Assembly: GCA_029907355.1 (NCBI GenBank)
Contig: JARYLZ010000007.1
Span: 6,275 to 70,274, forward strand
Length of the DNA: 64,000 nt
Source of the DNA: Bacteroidota bacterium
GTDB lineage: Bacteria; Bacteroidota; Ignavibacteria; SZUA-365
Direction: 5' to 3'
Made by a program: the position numbers and the translations under genes. The notes under the pieces are model-generated. The model was not told the DNA's origin and ran no database searches. It saw only the letters and a program-made list of their open reading frames with translations. Shown one piece after another: positions 36,432-46,880 of this stretch (its first letter is position 1; each line of letters begins with the position of its first letter).

Positions 36432-39338
36432 TCACTTGAGCAGCACCATCGAACGCATGAGTACCGCGTCTTTCGCGCGCAGGATGTACCGATACGTTCC
36501 GCTCGCGAACGCTGTCCCGTCGAACACCGCTTGCCAGCGGCCTGCTTCGAGACGGCCGCGGACGAGCGTGACGAACGTGCGGCCTGCAGCGTCGACGACC
36601 GTCAGCTCCACCTCGCAGGCTTCGGGGATATCGAAGGCGATGGTCGTGGTCGAGCTGAACGGGTTCGGGTAATTCGGCAGGAGCTGGAACTGCGACGGGA
36701 TGTTCCCCTCGATCCGTTCCACCCCCGTCGTCGCGCACTGGAGGCGTATGGTGTCCGTACAGACGACGCGCTGGTCGATCGTCGTCTCCCAGACGATCTC
36801 GAACGGCCTGTTGCCGATCTGCTTCGTGTCGAAGCATACGACGAAGCCGGTCAGACTGGTCCCCGACGCGAGCGGCGAGGTGGTCGAGAACACGGCGGAT
36901 GTCGCGTTGTTGGACACCACCCAACCGATCGGTTTGTTCACCGCCGTGATGACGACGCCCGGTGTGATGACACGGATGTGGAAGTCGTTGAGCGGCGACG
37001 CCGGCTGGTGCCGGTTGAACAGTTTGAAGTCCCAGCAGCACGCCACGCTGTCGATGAGGGAAGGCGTGACCTCGTCGCACTCGACAGGCGACGGCGCGCA
37101 CTCGATGCGGAGCGTGTCGCAGCAAACGGTTCTCTGACCCTCCGTGGTGCACCACCGCAGTTCTACGATGCCCGACGGCGGGATGCGGTCGAAGCACGCG
37201 ACGAACCCTCCGAGGTCGCCCATGTGCGGGATGCCGTTGCCGGTCGGCTCGTTGTAGTCGACGGATGTGGACGAATACGTCATCGTCCATCCGCCCGGCC
37301 CCGACGGTGTACCCGTGATGACAACGCCGGGCGTCAGGACCTCGAGGTGGAAGTCGGTCACGAGGCCTGCGGGCAGATGGCGGTTCTGCACCGTGAAGTC
37401 GTAGCAGCAATCGTCGCGCTTTTTCGGCTTCACCGAGTCGCAGGTCGTCTGCGACGGCGCGCATTGGATGTACATCCTCTCGCAGCAGATGACGTTATCC
37501 TCGCGTGTCGTGCACCAGACGATCTCGAAGACGCCCGAGGGAGGGATGTTCTCGAAACACGGCTTGAAACCGCCGACGAGGCTCCCGGTCGGGAGGCCTG
37601 AACCCGTTATCTCTTTGAAGAGGACATTGGTCGGGGACTGCGTGGAGATGGCCCACCCGGAGGGCGCAGGCGGGTTCGGCTGGATCGTGACCCCCGCCGT
37701 GACCACTTCGATATGGAAATCGGTGATCGTGCTCGGCGGCTGGTGCACATTCTTCAACACGAAATCGAAACAGCACTTGTCGATGAGGCCGATGCGTACC
37801 GAGTCGCACTTCTGCTGGACGCCTTCGCATTTGACGCGCTGGTAGCCCGAGCAGATGACCCTCCCGTCGAGTGTCGACTCCCAGTAGAAGGTCACCCACT
37901 CCGAGGTCGACTGCAGACAGAAGTCGATGCCTGTCAGGTCGTTCCCCGACGGCAGGGCCGAGGCGGCCGTGGCGATCGCCAGTTCGGCCGGTGTGAGCGT
38001 CGTCGCGGGCCACGGCGCCGACACGGTGCCCGGAACGAACGAGGCCCCGGCCGAGACGATCTTGATGTGGAAGTCGTTCAGGGGACCGTACGGCATGTGC
38101 CGGTTCTTGAGCGTCACCGAGTAACAGCAGGGCCCTCCCGGAACTTGGGTGAACACCACCGTGTCGCAGGACATCTCCACCGAACACTGGAGTTCCACCG
38201 TGTCCGTGCAGATCGTTTGGTGCTTCTCGTCGGTCGTCCTCCAGGCGATGCGGATCGGGACGGGCACACCCGTAGCGAACGCGAAGCACGTGATGAAACC
38301 TCCCAGCTGGCCGGCAGCCGGAATGGGCGTGGAACCGAAGAAGGTGACGTCGTTCGTGCCGGTCGTGAAAGTCCAGCCCGACGGGGCGGTGGGGGCGGAT
38401 GCGAACGAGACGCCCGGAGTGAGGATGGCGATGTGGAAATCGGCGATCGCCCGCTGGGACGTATTCCTGTTCGCGACGGAGAACTCGAAACAGCAGTCGG
38501 GACCGAGCTTGATGCCGACGGAATCGCAGCCGGGCGGCGTAACGGCACACTGCAAGGTGAGCGTATCGATGCAGACGGTCTGGCCGTTATATGTCGTGAT
38601 GGCCTGAACGGTGACGGACGAGGGTATACCGGGCGGTATGTTCAGGCATGTCACGAAGCCGAACAGATCCTTGCCCGGCGCGATGATGCCTCCGCCGGTC
38701 GGCGATGCCGTGAACGTGACGGACGATGCATTCACACCTCCTTGCACTACCTGCCACGCCGTAGGCAGCGTAACGGACGAGAAGGTGACACCCCGGTTCA
38801 GAATCTCGAGGTGGAAATCGTTGATCGGCACATTCCAGCTGTTCCTATTCCGAATGCCCCAGTCGTAACAGCAGTTCCCGAGGCCACGGGCGTCGATCTC
38901 GTCACAGCTCACCGCGCAACGGAGCGTGAGGGTCCCTGTCGATATGACGGTAGCGCCGTAGAGCGTCCGCCACTGGATGGAGAAGGAGCTCGCCTGGTTG
39001 GCGAAGCAGACGAGGAACCCGCCGAGGTTCATGCCGGCCCGTAAACCGACGGAGGTCGGATTCGCGGCGAAGCGGACCGTGTCCAAACTGACGCTCTCCA
39101 CGTGCCAGTTGCTCGGCGCCGCGGGTCCCGGGGTCTGCACGATGACCGCCGCCCCGGTCGAGATGACGACGATCTCGAACCCGTTGATCGGCTGCTGACC
39201 GCTGTTCCTGTTCTTCAAGAGAAAATCGTAACAGCAGCCGCTGGTCTGGGTCGCCGTGACGGAATCGGGGCGTTGTTGGGCCTGCACGGCGATGGTGAAA
39301 CAGAGGACTGCGCAGAAAAGGGAAACAAACGTTCTCAT
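36432..39338 (-). CDS. Large secreted repeat protein: 7 tandem roughly 120-aa Cys-rich repeats of an unrecognised type, followed by a T9SS C-terminal sorting domain
   Basis: 968 aa with signal peptide MRTFVSLFCAVLCFTIAVQA. Each repeat carries CC[YFW][DE]F-x-[VL]-x-NR[NH], P[IL]xDFH[IL]x[IV], GV, W, L-x-GF-x2-CF, F-x-I-x-W-x-T, [VI]C-x-DT-x2-[LI]QC and a C-D-x-V linker, giving six conserved Cys per unit. The C-terminus LLPNYPNPFSSTTTIAFDIPEACEVELTVVDAAGRTF...GTYRYILRAKD is a T9SS sorting domain. Confidence 0.75.
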   Translation of the reverse strand: MRTFVSLFCAVLCFTIAVQAQQRPDSVTATQTSGCCYDFLLKNRNSGQQPINGFEIVVISTGAAVIVQTPGPAAPSNWHVESVSLDTVRFAANPTSVGLRAGMNLGGFLVCFANQASSFSIQWRTLYGATVISTGTLTLRCAVSCDEIDARGLGNCCYDWGIRNRNSWNVPINDFHLEILNRGVTFSSVTLPTAWQVVQGGVNASSVTFTASPTGGGIIAPGKDLFGFVTCLNIPPGIPSSVTVQAITTYNGQTVCIDTLTLQCAVTPPGCDSVGIKLGPDCCFEFSVANRNTSQRAIADFHIAILTPGVSFASAPTAPSGWTFTTGTNDVTFFGSTPIPAAGQLGGFITCFAFATGVPVPIRIAWRTTDEKHQTICTDTVELQCSVEMSCDTVVFTQVPGGPCCYSVTLKNRHMPYGPLNDFHIKIVSAGASFVPGTVSAPWPATTLTPAELAIATAASALPSGNDLTGIDFCLQSTSEWVTFYWESTLDGRVICSGYQRVKCEGVQQKCDSVRIGLIDKCCFDFVLKNVHQPPSTITDFHIEVVTAGVTIQPNPPAPSGWAISTQSPTNVLFKEITGSGLPTGSLVGGFKPCFENIPPSGVFEIVWCTTREDNVICCERMYIQCAPSQTTCDSVKPKKRDDCCYDFTVQNRHLPAGLVTDFHLEVLTPGVVITGTPSGPGGWTMTYSSTSVDYNEPTGNGIPHMGDLGGFVACFDRIPPSGIVELRWCTTEGQRTVCCDTLRIECAPSPVECDEVTPSLIDSVACCWDFKLFNRHQPASPLNDFHIRVITPGVVITAVNKPIGWVVSNNATSAVFSTTSPLASGTSLTGFVVCFDTKQIGNRPFEIVWETTIDQRVVCTDTIRLQCATTGVERIEGNIPSQFQLLPNYPNPFSSTTTIAFDIPEACEVELTVVDAAGRTFVTLVRGRLEAGRWQAVFDGTAFASGTYRYILRAKDAVLMRSMVLLK

Positions 39339-39632
39339 CGCTTCTCCTCGTTATGGTGAAAGGTGTATTCTCGACAGTGCCGCACCGAGAGCTTCGCCGA
39401 CGCTATCGCTCGCTCTTCTCCTGCAGCGGTAAAGGTGGATACCGACTGAATGAGGTTCTTTTGTCCTATAAAATAGACGCGTAGGGAGAGGGAGTCAATG
39501 CTCCGCCCCAACTTCTCGACATTTTTCTCCATACCCAACGATCCGCTCCACCCCCAACGAGGTCCCTCATGCAGACAGACATCGCATGGTTTTTCCCCTC
39601 CCGCATCCAGGTTCGGAGAGATCGTTCCCGGG

Positions 39633-40487
39633 CTATCGCCCTGTGACCCTCTCGACCGGCAATGCCCCGGCGCTGTCCGTGTACTCCAGTTCCGAACCCC
39701 AGAGACTGTGCGGGATGAGAAAGACGACCAGCGTGACGACGGACGCTGCAAAGGCGAACCAGCGGCGGTTCGGGTGGAGGTAGCGTACGTTCCTGTTCCA
39801 CAGCGCGATGACCGCAACCAACCAGGCGAGGAATGCAAACGCCGTCTTGTTGTCCGTCAAATCCTTGCCGAACGGGAAGCCCGTCCAGTACTCGCCGAAC
39901 GCGAACTTCTGTACGACGGGGCCGAGGAGCATCCCCCCGACGGCGAGGAGAGCGAACGTCCAGAGGGCATACCCTCGCGGATTGCCGTCGCGGAAAAGCG
40001 CCTCGAGCCCGCCCCGCATGGAGAAGAGCATGGCGAGGAAGATGACGACGATGTGCGCGGCGAGGATCCATTCCGGAACCGCCCCCTTGAAACGGGTCAC
40101 CGCGGGACCGTCCTCTTCCGGGAGAAGGAGCTGTTTCGCCCCTGCCTTCAACTCGACGAAGTATTCCAGCTTTCCCGCAGGAGGTTGATGGGGGAGAAAA
40201 CCGCTCAACCGATCCCCTGACCTCTTCATCGGGATCACCTTCCAGTCGTCCCGTGTCTTATGGCGCTTGTACAGGAGATGTCCTTGTACACGGGCGTCCG
40301 GTACGATCACCGTCACTTCCTGGTCGCCGTCCCCGCCGTGCGAGCGCTCCAGGGAGTACGCGACCGTCGTCCCGGCAAAATCCCGTTCGCCCTCGATCGG
40401 GTACGTCGGCCCTGTCCGTCGCTGGTATACCGCCGACGCGACGGTGAGGATGACGGCGAGAACCCAGAGGATGACGTTTCGAAGCAT
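39633..40487 (-). CDS. Hypothetical polytopic membrane protein
   Basis: 284 aa with an N-terminal TM helix and about 5 further hydrophobic helices. No family recognised. Confidence 0.5.
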   Translation of the reverse strand: MLRNVILWVLAVILTVASAVYQRRTGPTYPIEGERDFAGTTVAYSLERSHGGDGDQEVTVIVPDARVQGHLLYKRHKTRDDWKVIPMKRSGDRLSGFLPHQPPAGKLEYFVELKAGAKQLLLPEEDGPAVTRFKGAVPEWILAAHIVVIFLAMLFSMRGGLEALFRDGNPRGYALWTFALLAVGGMLLGPVVQKFAFGEYWTGFPFGKDLTDNKTAFAFLAWLVAVIALWNRNVRYLHPNRRWFAFAASVVTLVVFLIPHSLWGSELEYTDSAGALPVERVTGR

Positions 40488-40559
40488 GGCTCTTCTATCA
40501 AAAGACGTTTACGGTATCGCCTCCGAGTCGGCAGAAGGGACGTTCCCTCCACCGCCACG

Positions 40560-41012
40560 TCATGTGCACGTCGTGTCGTGAACCGGTCCGATCCCTGGAA
40601 CGAATTTCCCTTTGAAATACAGCCGGCGGATCGTCTGCGATTCATCCTCGGCCCATTGTTCCACGCCGACTGCTTTCATGCGGCAGAGGTTGAAGACCTT
40701 GAAATTGTGGGGGAACTTGTCCGCCCCTTCTTTTGCGGGCGCGAGTCTGAAACCTGGGAATCCTCCGCATTCGAAGCAGAAACGGATGCCTTTTTCTTTG
40801 ACACACGCATACGTCGGGCATTCCCCGACGAAGAGACAATGCCCCTCGTTCGGGCGACAGCCTCTGCACGGGACGGTTTCAGGGTCGCGTTTCAGCCGGG
40901 CGGAAACAGCGTCGATGAGCGGTTGCGAGATATTCCTTTCGTACATCTCGCAGTTGAAACAATCCAAACCGCATGGGGCGACGAGGTCGATTGTCGTCGG
41001 GTGGAATGCCAT
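40560..41012 (-). CDS. Cys-rich DUF3795-like protein
   Basis: 150 aa carrying multiple CxxC/CxxxC pairs (CGLDCFNCE, CRGCRP, CPTYAC, CFECGG), typical of the DUF3795 family. Confidence 0.55.
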   Translation of the reverse strand: MAFHPTTIDLVAPCGLDCFNCEMYERNISQPLIDAVSARLKRDPETVPCRGCRPNEGHCLFVGECPTYACVKEKGIRFCFECGGFPGFRLAPAKEGADKFPHNFKVFNLCRMKAVGVEQWAEDESQTIRRLYFKGKFVPGIGPVHDTTCT

Positions 41013-41229
41013 GACTTCCTGCTCCCGTAGCCAGAGACAGCACCGGAACGGACAGGAATATCATACCTTTCCCCCGAATAACGCAATCGCTTCACGAGCG
41101 GACGCAACCGAACTCCGCGTCGCCCGGAAAAAGAGCCGCTTCGGATCTCCTCGAAGCAAGGCCGGCGTATCTTCGAGGAACAAGCCCCGACTCGTGCGGC
41201 GATTCAGCGGGGGAGAGGACGGCGTACGA

Positions 41230-44073
41230 TCATTTCCCTCCCGTCTCTTCCGGATAGAGAACGAATTTCTTCATCCGGTCGAAATGGAAAACACGAGCGG
41301 CCGTCTCCCGCAACATGTCGGGGGAGAGGCTCGAGACGAGGCGCTCGAAGGCGAGGATTTCCAGGGGGTCGTCGCCGTTCGAGTACGCGGAACGCAGGCG
41401 GTTCAGCCACCACCCGTTCTCCTTGAGGTTCTTCTCGTGTTCCCGACGCTGGATTTCCCGGATCTTCTGGATCTCCTCTTCCGTGGCGTTGGAATCGACC
41501 GCTTTGCGCAGTTCGGCGAGCGCCGTCGAGACGAGTTCATCCACACGGTCGGGGTCGCAGCCGAAATTGACGACGGCGACGTACTGTTCGATCGGACGGC
41601 GCGTGATGTTGACCTGCACGCCCACACCGTACGTGCCCCCCTTCTCCTCGCGCACCGATTCGCGGAGGCGGATGGTCAGCAGTTCCTCGAGCGAGGAGAG
41701 AGCGTAGCGGTTCTCGAGCGTCCCTTCCATCGGGCCGTTGAACACGAGGACAACCATGCTCTTCTTCTCGATGCCTTTCCGGACCGTCTTCTCCACGGCG
41801 CTCTCGGGCATGCGGACGCCGAGGTCCTTCCACATCTCCTTGCGCCCGGTGCAGGGAAGCGCGCCGAGGTAGCGTTCGACGAGCGGCTTGAACGTGTCCG
41901 GTGCGATGTTCCCGACGAAGAGGAACGTGAAATCCCCCGCATCAGCGTAGCGGTCGCGGTACACCCGCATTACGGCCGGGAGGTTGAGCTCCTCGAGCCG
42001 TTCGGCAGTCATCGGTCTCCGCCTCGGGTGGTACTGGGCGAGGGTGACGCTCAGCGTGTCGCTGAATACCTTTTCGGGCATGGAGCCCATGTTCTCCAGC
42101 ATCGCCTTCATCCTCTTCTTGTAGGACTGGAAGACGGCGGTGTCCTCGCGAGGATGGGTGAAATACAGGTACAAGAGCTGGAGGAGCGTCTCGATGTCTT
42201 TCGGCGCGGCATTGCCGCTGAACCCTTCTTCCAGTTCGCCGATCTGTGGGGAAATGGAAACGACCTTGCCCGTGAGGGCTTTCCTCAGCTTCACCGCGTC
42301 GAAGTCCCCGAGCCCGCTCTGGTCGATGATGTTGTCCGCCATGTCCGCCGAGAGCGCGTCCTCCTGCGGGACGAGTGAAGACCCGCCCGGGCTGAGGGCG
42401 GCGAAGAGGACCTCGTCGTTCTTGAAATCCGTCGGTTTCAAGACCACGCGGATGCCGTTCGACAGCGTCCACTCGATCACCCCCAGCTCTCGGATTTCCC
42501 GCGTAGAAGCGACCCGCACATTCGAGGGCGGCACTTCCGCGAGAGGTTTATTGGCCACCTCGTCGACGTACGGTTCGATCGCCATCTTCGAGACGCGTTC
42601 GAACACCGAGAGGAGGTCTTTTTCCTTCGGGACACGCACGTCTTTCTTTTGCGGGAGGCTCGCGAGGATCACCCGGTTCCCCTCTGCGGGCACCGACGTG
42701 GCGACCTCGTTGACTTCCTTCAACATGACCGTCGGCAAGTATTTCTCGTAGAGCCGATAGGCCAGTTCGACCCCCGGTGCGGGGTCGCCCGAGAGGAAGT
42801 GGGCGACGAATTCGTATGCGAGGCCGTCCGACTCCTGCTTATCGCGCTCGTTGTACTCCTGCTCCATCTGCCGGAGAAGGTCCGTCTTCGCCCGCTCGAG
42901 CTCCGTTTCGGTGAATCCGTGTCGCCGTACCCGCTCCTGCTCGATGAAAACGGCCTCCAGGCCGCGCTCGATCCCGTTATTCTCGACCTGGGCGCGCGCA
43001 CCGAGCACGTCCTTCGTGCGCCCGAGCCGCCAAAAGCCGACACCGGCGTTGATGAAGGGCGGGTTCGGCTTCTGGAGCAGTTCGCTCAAGCGGGCGTTGA
43101 ACATCGTCTCGTAGAGATCCTCGATCATCGCGCGGCGGTAGTCGCGGATCTTCTTCTTCTCGCGGGCGTCGAATTTCACCAGCACCTGGACGCTGTTGCC
43201 CGTGGCCTCCGGGTCCGTGACGATGGACGTCAGGGTCTCGCGGTGGTCGGGCACCGGGACGGTAGGTCTGTCGAGAGGTGCCGACGGCCTGGGGATGCGC
43301 GAAAACGTCTCGCGGATCTTCTTCTCGACAGCGTCCGCGTCGAAGTCGCCCACGGCGACGACCGCCATGTTGTCCGGCCGGTACCAGCGCCGGTAGAATT
43401 CCCTCAGCGTGTCGTGGGGAAACGTCCTGAGGATCTCTTCCTTCCCGATGGGGAGCCGCTCTGCGTACTTCGAGCCGCGGAACATGACGGGGTACTGCTT
43501 CTGGAGAATCCGCCACGAGGCGCCGCGGCGCCCCCGCATCTCCTCGATAATGACGCCGCGTTCCTTGTCGATCTCCTCCGGCTCGAACGACAGCCCCGAT
43601 GCCCAGTCCGACAGCACGAGGAATCCCTTGTCCATCAATTCTTCGTTGTCGGTGGGGATCTGCAGCATGTAGACGGTTTCGTCGAATGCCGTGTAGGCGT
43701 TCAGGTCCGCGCCGAAGCGCGTGCCGATCGACTCGAGGAAACGCACCAGTTCGTTCTTCGCGAAGTGCTCCGAACCGTTGAAAGCCATGTGCTCGACGAA
43801 ATGCGCCAGTCCCTGCTGGGCATCCGTCTCCAGGACGGAACCCGCGTTCACCGCCAAGCGCAGTTCCATGCGTTTCTCGGGCTTTCGGTTGACGAGGATG
43901 TAGTAGACCATCCCGTTCTCCAGTTTCCCCATCCGAACAGCCGGGTTGACGGGAATCGGGTCCATGAGGGAGAACGACGGTTTTTTCCCCGTCTGGCTTT
44001 CCTGTCCCTGTAACGGGAAGGCTGCGGCAAGAAGGAACAAAAGGAACGGGTAGATGAATCGCTGCACTTTCAT
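41230..44073 (-). CDS. M16-family (insulinase/pitrilysin-like) zinc peptidase, tandem two-unit form, secreted
   Basis: 947 aa with signal peptide. The inverted zincin motif HFVEHMAFNGSEH (HxxEH) is followed by a downstream Glu and two M16 active/inactive domain pairs. Confidence 0.85.
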   Translation of the reverse strand: MKVQRFIYPFLLFLLAAAFPLQGQESQTGKKPSFSLMDPIPVNPAVRMGKLENGMVYYILVNRKPEKRMELRLAVNAGSVLETDAQQGLAHFVEHMAFNGSEHFAKNELVRFLESIGTRFGADLNAYTAFDETVYMLQIPTDNEELMDKGFLVLSDWASGLSFEPEEIDKERGVIIEEMRGRRGASWRILQKQYPVMFRGSKYAERLPIGKEEILRTFPHDTLREFYRRWYRPDNMAVVAVGDFDADAVEKKIRETFSRIPRPSAPLDRPTVPVPDHRETLTSIVTDPEATGNSVQVLVKFDAREKKKIRDYRRAMIEDLYETMFNARLSELLQKPNPPFINAGVGFWRLGRTKDVLGARAQVENNGIERGLEAVFIEQERVRRHGFTETELERAKTDLLRQMEQEYNERDKQESDGLAYEFVAHFLSGDPAPGVELAYRLYEKYLPTVMLKEVNEVATSVPAEGNRVILASLPQKKDVRVPKEKDLLSVFERVSKMAIEPYVDEVANKPLAEVPPSNVRVASTREIRELGVIEWTLSNGIRVVLKPTDFKNDEVLFAALSPGGSSLVPQEDALSADMADNIIDQSGLGDFDAVKLRKALTGKVVSISPQIGELEEGFSGNAAPKDIETLLQLLYLYFTHPREDTAVFQSYKKRMKAMLENMGSMPEKVFSDTLSVTLAQYHPRRRPMTAERLEELNLPAVMRVYRDRYADAGDFTFLFVGNIAPDTFKPLVERYLGALPCTGRKEMWKDLGVRMPESAVEKTVRKGIEKKSMVVLVFNGPMEGTLENRYALSSLEELLTIRLRESVREEKGGTYGVGVQVNITRRPIEQYVAVVNFGCDPDRVDELVSTALAELRKAVDSNATEEEIQKIREIQRREHEKNLKENGWWLNRLRSAYSNGDDPLEILAFERLVSSLSPDMLRETAARVFHFDRMKKFVLYPEETGGK

Positions 44074-44594
44074 CGAAATCTCCTGGTGTAGAAAAAGTTC
44101 ATAGCCCGAAATATAGATTTTTCATTCGGATTGCACTATGACGAAATGCCGGTATACCGTTTCCACGAACTGCTCGAAAAAGCGAAACCCGCCATCGATC
44201 GGTGTGCAAGGAGGAACAGATCGCGAATCACGACCCTGCAGCGTGAGATGCGCATCCTCATCGATACGTCGCGGGTCAGAGGTTGAGTCGCTTTTCCGTT
44301 GTGCATTGGACGGGATTCGTCACCGGACATTCTCGACGGCCCTCAGAGGCCGTGAGTGTTCAGGCGGATTTCTTACGCTCGCTCAGACCGGGCAACATGG
44401 AAAGGTTACCCGTTCATCGGCCCCTCCTTGGTTTCATGCCCCATGTATTTCCTGGGAAAAGAACCGACGCGTGATTTTGGGCACATGAAGTGTCTTCCCC
44501 CACGATTTTCGACTCGTGGGAAACCCCTTGGAACGGTGTTCTCACCGACGCCCTCTCATTCTCGCCGGGGCGTGGATGGGGGAAGGGAACCCCG

Positions 44595-45176
44595 TCAACG
44601 GGAGAGATCCGGGAACAGCGCTCGCTCCGCCGCGTCGATTACGGCGTGGATGATCTTGATATGGAGTTCCTGAATGCGGTCGCTCGTCTCGCCCGGGACG
44701 AGAATGGCGATATCGCACAGCGGCTTGAGGGCGCCGCCGCCGCGCCCGAGGAGTCCCACCGTCCGCACGCCGAGCCTTCGCGCTTCCTCGGCTGCGCGGA
44801 TGAGGTTCGCGGAATTCCCGCTCGTCGAGAGGAGGAGCAGGAGGTCGCCCGGTTTCCCGAGCGCCGCCACCTGGCGCGCGAACACGTGCTCGAAACCGTA
44901 ATCGTTGGCGACACAGCTCATGTGGCCGGGGTCGCTGAGGGCGATGGCGGGGAGCGGCGGCCTGTCGGCGCGGAAACGCCCGCTCCACTCCTCCGCGAAG
45001 TGCATCGCGTCGCTCATCGAGCCGCCGTTGCCGCAGGAGAGGACCTTGTTCCCCGCCCGGAACGTCTCGACGAGCAGGGCGGCGAAACGGCCGACGAGGG
45101 GGAAATGTTCCGCGTCGCGGCGGAAGCGCGCGAGACATTCCTGCGCTTCCTGAAAGGCTGCGTTGATGGGGTCCAT
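44595..45176 (-). CDS. gmhA: SIS-domain phosphoheptose isomerase (GmhA/DiaA family)
   Basis: From MDPINAAF. Matches include GNGGSMSDAMHFAEE, IALSDPGHMSCVANDYGFEHVFARQV, LLLSTSGNSANL and RIQELH. The track ORF adds 20 upstream codons. Confidence 0.75.
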   Translation of the reverse strand: MDPINAAFQEAQECLARFRRDAEHFPLVGRFAALLVETFRAGNKVLSCGNGGSMSDAMHFAEEWSGRFRADRPPLPAIALSDPGHMSCVANDYGFEHVFARQVAALGKPGDLLLLLSTSGNSANLIRAAEEARRLGVRTVGLLGRGGGALKPLCDIAILVPGETSDRIQELHIKIIHAVIDAAERALFPDLSR

Positions 45177-45266
45177 GGCGGCTCCTTCCAAATCAGGTGC
45201 GATGCCGAGGAAGCGGGTATGCCCCGGCAATGGCACGTGCCCGTCCTTTCGAGTTCCCCGGCGAGG

Positions 45267-46880
45267 TCACAGCTTCACCTCGGCCAGCGCTTCGAGGCGC
45301 CGGGCGGAGTCGTTCTCGACGTCGGCGTGCAGGGAATTTCCGTGCGCGTCCATGGTGACGACGGCGGCGAAATCCCGGCAGCGGTACACCCATAACGCCT
45401 CGGGGATGCCGAACTCCTCGAGGAAATGCACGCCGTCCACGGCGACGATCGTCTGGGCGTAGTACTGCGCCGCACCGCCGATGGCGTTCAGGTACACCGC
45501 CCCGTATTCCTTCAGGGCGTCCAGCGTTCTCTTCCCCATCCCGCCTTTCCCGACCACCGCGCGGATGCCGCATTTGCGGATGATGTCCGCCTGGTACGGT
45601 TCCTCGCGAATGCTCGTGGTAGGGCCGGCCGCCTGGACGTGCCACGTGCCCTGTTCGTCCTTCAACATGACCGGCCCGCAGTGGTAGATCACGCCGCCGT
45701 TCATGTCCACCGGCGCTTCGTGCTCGGTGAGGTGCTTGTGCAGCATGTCGCGGCCCGTGAACATGGGACCGTTCAGGAGGACGATATCGCCGACCTTCAG
45801 ATTCCGCACGTCTTCTTCCCGGAGCGGCGCGGTGAGCCGGATTTCCCTGCCGGTGAGCGGGATGCCTTCCTCTCTCGCCATCGCGGCCGGGTTCATGTCG
45901 CGGTAATGCCACTGGAGAATTTTCCCCGTCGCCGGGTCGATGCGCACACCCATACGCCGGAATGCCCAGCACTCGTACGCCACCGAGACGAAGAAACATG
46001 CCGGCAGCCGGTGGTAGCTCCCGATCTTGCACCCGATGAGGGTGGTGTTCCCGCCGAACCCCATCGTGCCGATGTTCAGCGTGTTCGCGTGCTCCATGAT
46101 GTAATCCTCGAGCGCGGCCAGCCGGGGATCGGGGTTGACGTCGTCGAGCGGCCGGAACAGCTGTTCCTTCGCGTACATGTACCCCGACATGCGGTCCCCG
46201 CCGATGGCGACGCCCAGCGCGCCGACGGAACACCCGTGCCCCTGCGCATGCCAGACGGCATGGAGAATGCACTTCCGCACGCCCTCGAGGTCGCGGCCCG
46301 CCCGGCCGAGGTGCGGGATCTCCGCAGGGAGGGAGTACTGGATATTCATGTTCTCGCAGCCGCCGCCCTTGAGGATCAGCTTCACCTCGATCGCATCTTC
46401 TTCCCACTGTTCCCAGAAGATGATCGGCGCGCCCGCGCCGAGGTTGTTCCCGCTGTTCCTGCCGGTGACGGAGTCGACGGTGTTCGGCCGCAGTTTCCCG
46501 AGCCGCGTCGCCTCGGTGACCGCCCAGAGGATGTCGTTCTTCATCGCGATCTGGTCCGCGCCCCGCGGGGTCTTGATCTTGAACGTCGGCATGCCCGTGT
46601 CCTGGCAAATCGCACCTTCGTTCTCGTACGCCATGTCGATGTTCTTCGCGATGGTCGCGAGCGCGAGCGCCGCGCGTGAACCCGGCTCCTCCCGGGGAAT
46701 GACCGCCGCCAATGCTTTCCGGACATCCGCCGGCAGATTCGTCGAGGTCTGGATGACGAGGTCGAGCATGCTTTTTCGGAAGTGTTCCATGATGTGCTTC
46801 GCTGTTTTTGATGGAGGGGAAACGGCTTTTTTCTGATTGAGGAATCGGTCCATGATACGGGGAAAAGGCAGAAAATTCAA
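45267..46880 (-). CDS. Class I (Fe-S) fumarate hydratase, fused alpha+beta form
   Basis: 537 aa covering the N-terminal catalytic FumA-type region (CQDTGMP, GGGCENM, Cys ligands) and the C-terminal beta region (NGPMFTGRDMLHK..., GKGGMG). The start may be an internal Met. Confidence 0.85.
   Translation of the reverse strand: MNFLPFPRIMDRFLNQKKAVSPPSKTAKHIMEHFRKSMLDLVIQTSTNLPADVRKALAAVIPREEPGSRAALALATIAKNIDMAYENEGAICQDTGMPTFKIKTPRGADQIAMKNDILWAVTEATRLGKLRPNTVDSVTGRNSGNNLGAGAPIIFWEQWEEDAIEVKLILKGGGCENMNIQYSLPAEIPHLGRAGRDLEGVRKCILHAVWHAQGHGCSVGALGVAIGGDRMSGYMYAKEQLFRPLDDVNPDPRLAALEDYIMEHANTLNIGTMGFGGNTTLIGCKIGSYHRLPACFFVSVAYECWAFRRMGVRIDPATGKILQWHYRDMNPAAMAREEGIPLTGREIRLTAPLREEDVRNLKVGDIVLLNGPMFTGRDMLHKHLTEHEAPVDMNGGVIYHCGPVMLKDEQGTWHVQAAGPTTSIREEPYQADIIRKCGIRAVVGKGGMGKRTLDALKEYGAVYLNAIGGAAQYYAQTIVAVDGVHFLEEFGIPEALWVYRCRDFAAVVTMDAHGNSLHADVENDSARRLEALAEVKL

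Noticed and set aside
36291-39044. Plus-strand ORFs 36291..37601 and 37713..39044, and minus-strand off-frame ORFs 36412..37464 and 37495..38550
   Set aside because: They are antisense or off-frame relative to the 968-aa repeat protein, whose frame shows a clean 7-fold repeat structure plus a signal peptide and sorting domain.
42649-44013. 454-aa plus-strand ORF
   Set aside because: It is antisense to the M16 peptidase, which has its HxxEH motif and a signal peptide.
44074-44594. 520-bp intergenic region with several short hairpins between the M16 peptidase and gmhA
   Set aside because: There is no U-tract terminator, no tRNA-like fold and no convincing ORF. I treat it as a promoter region. 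It is only worth a look if RNA-seq shows a small transcript.
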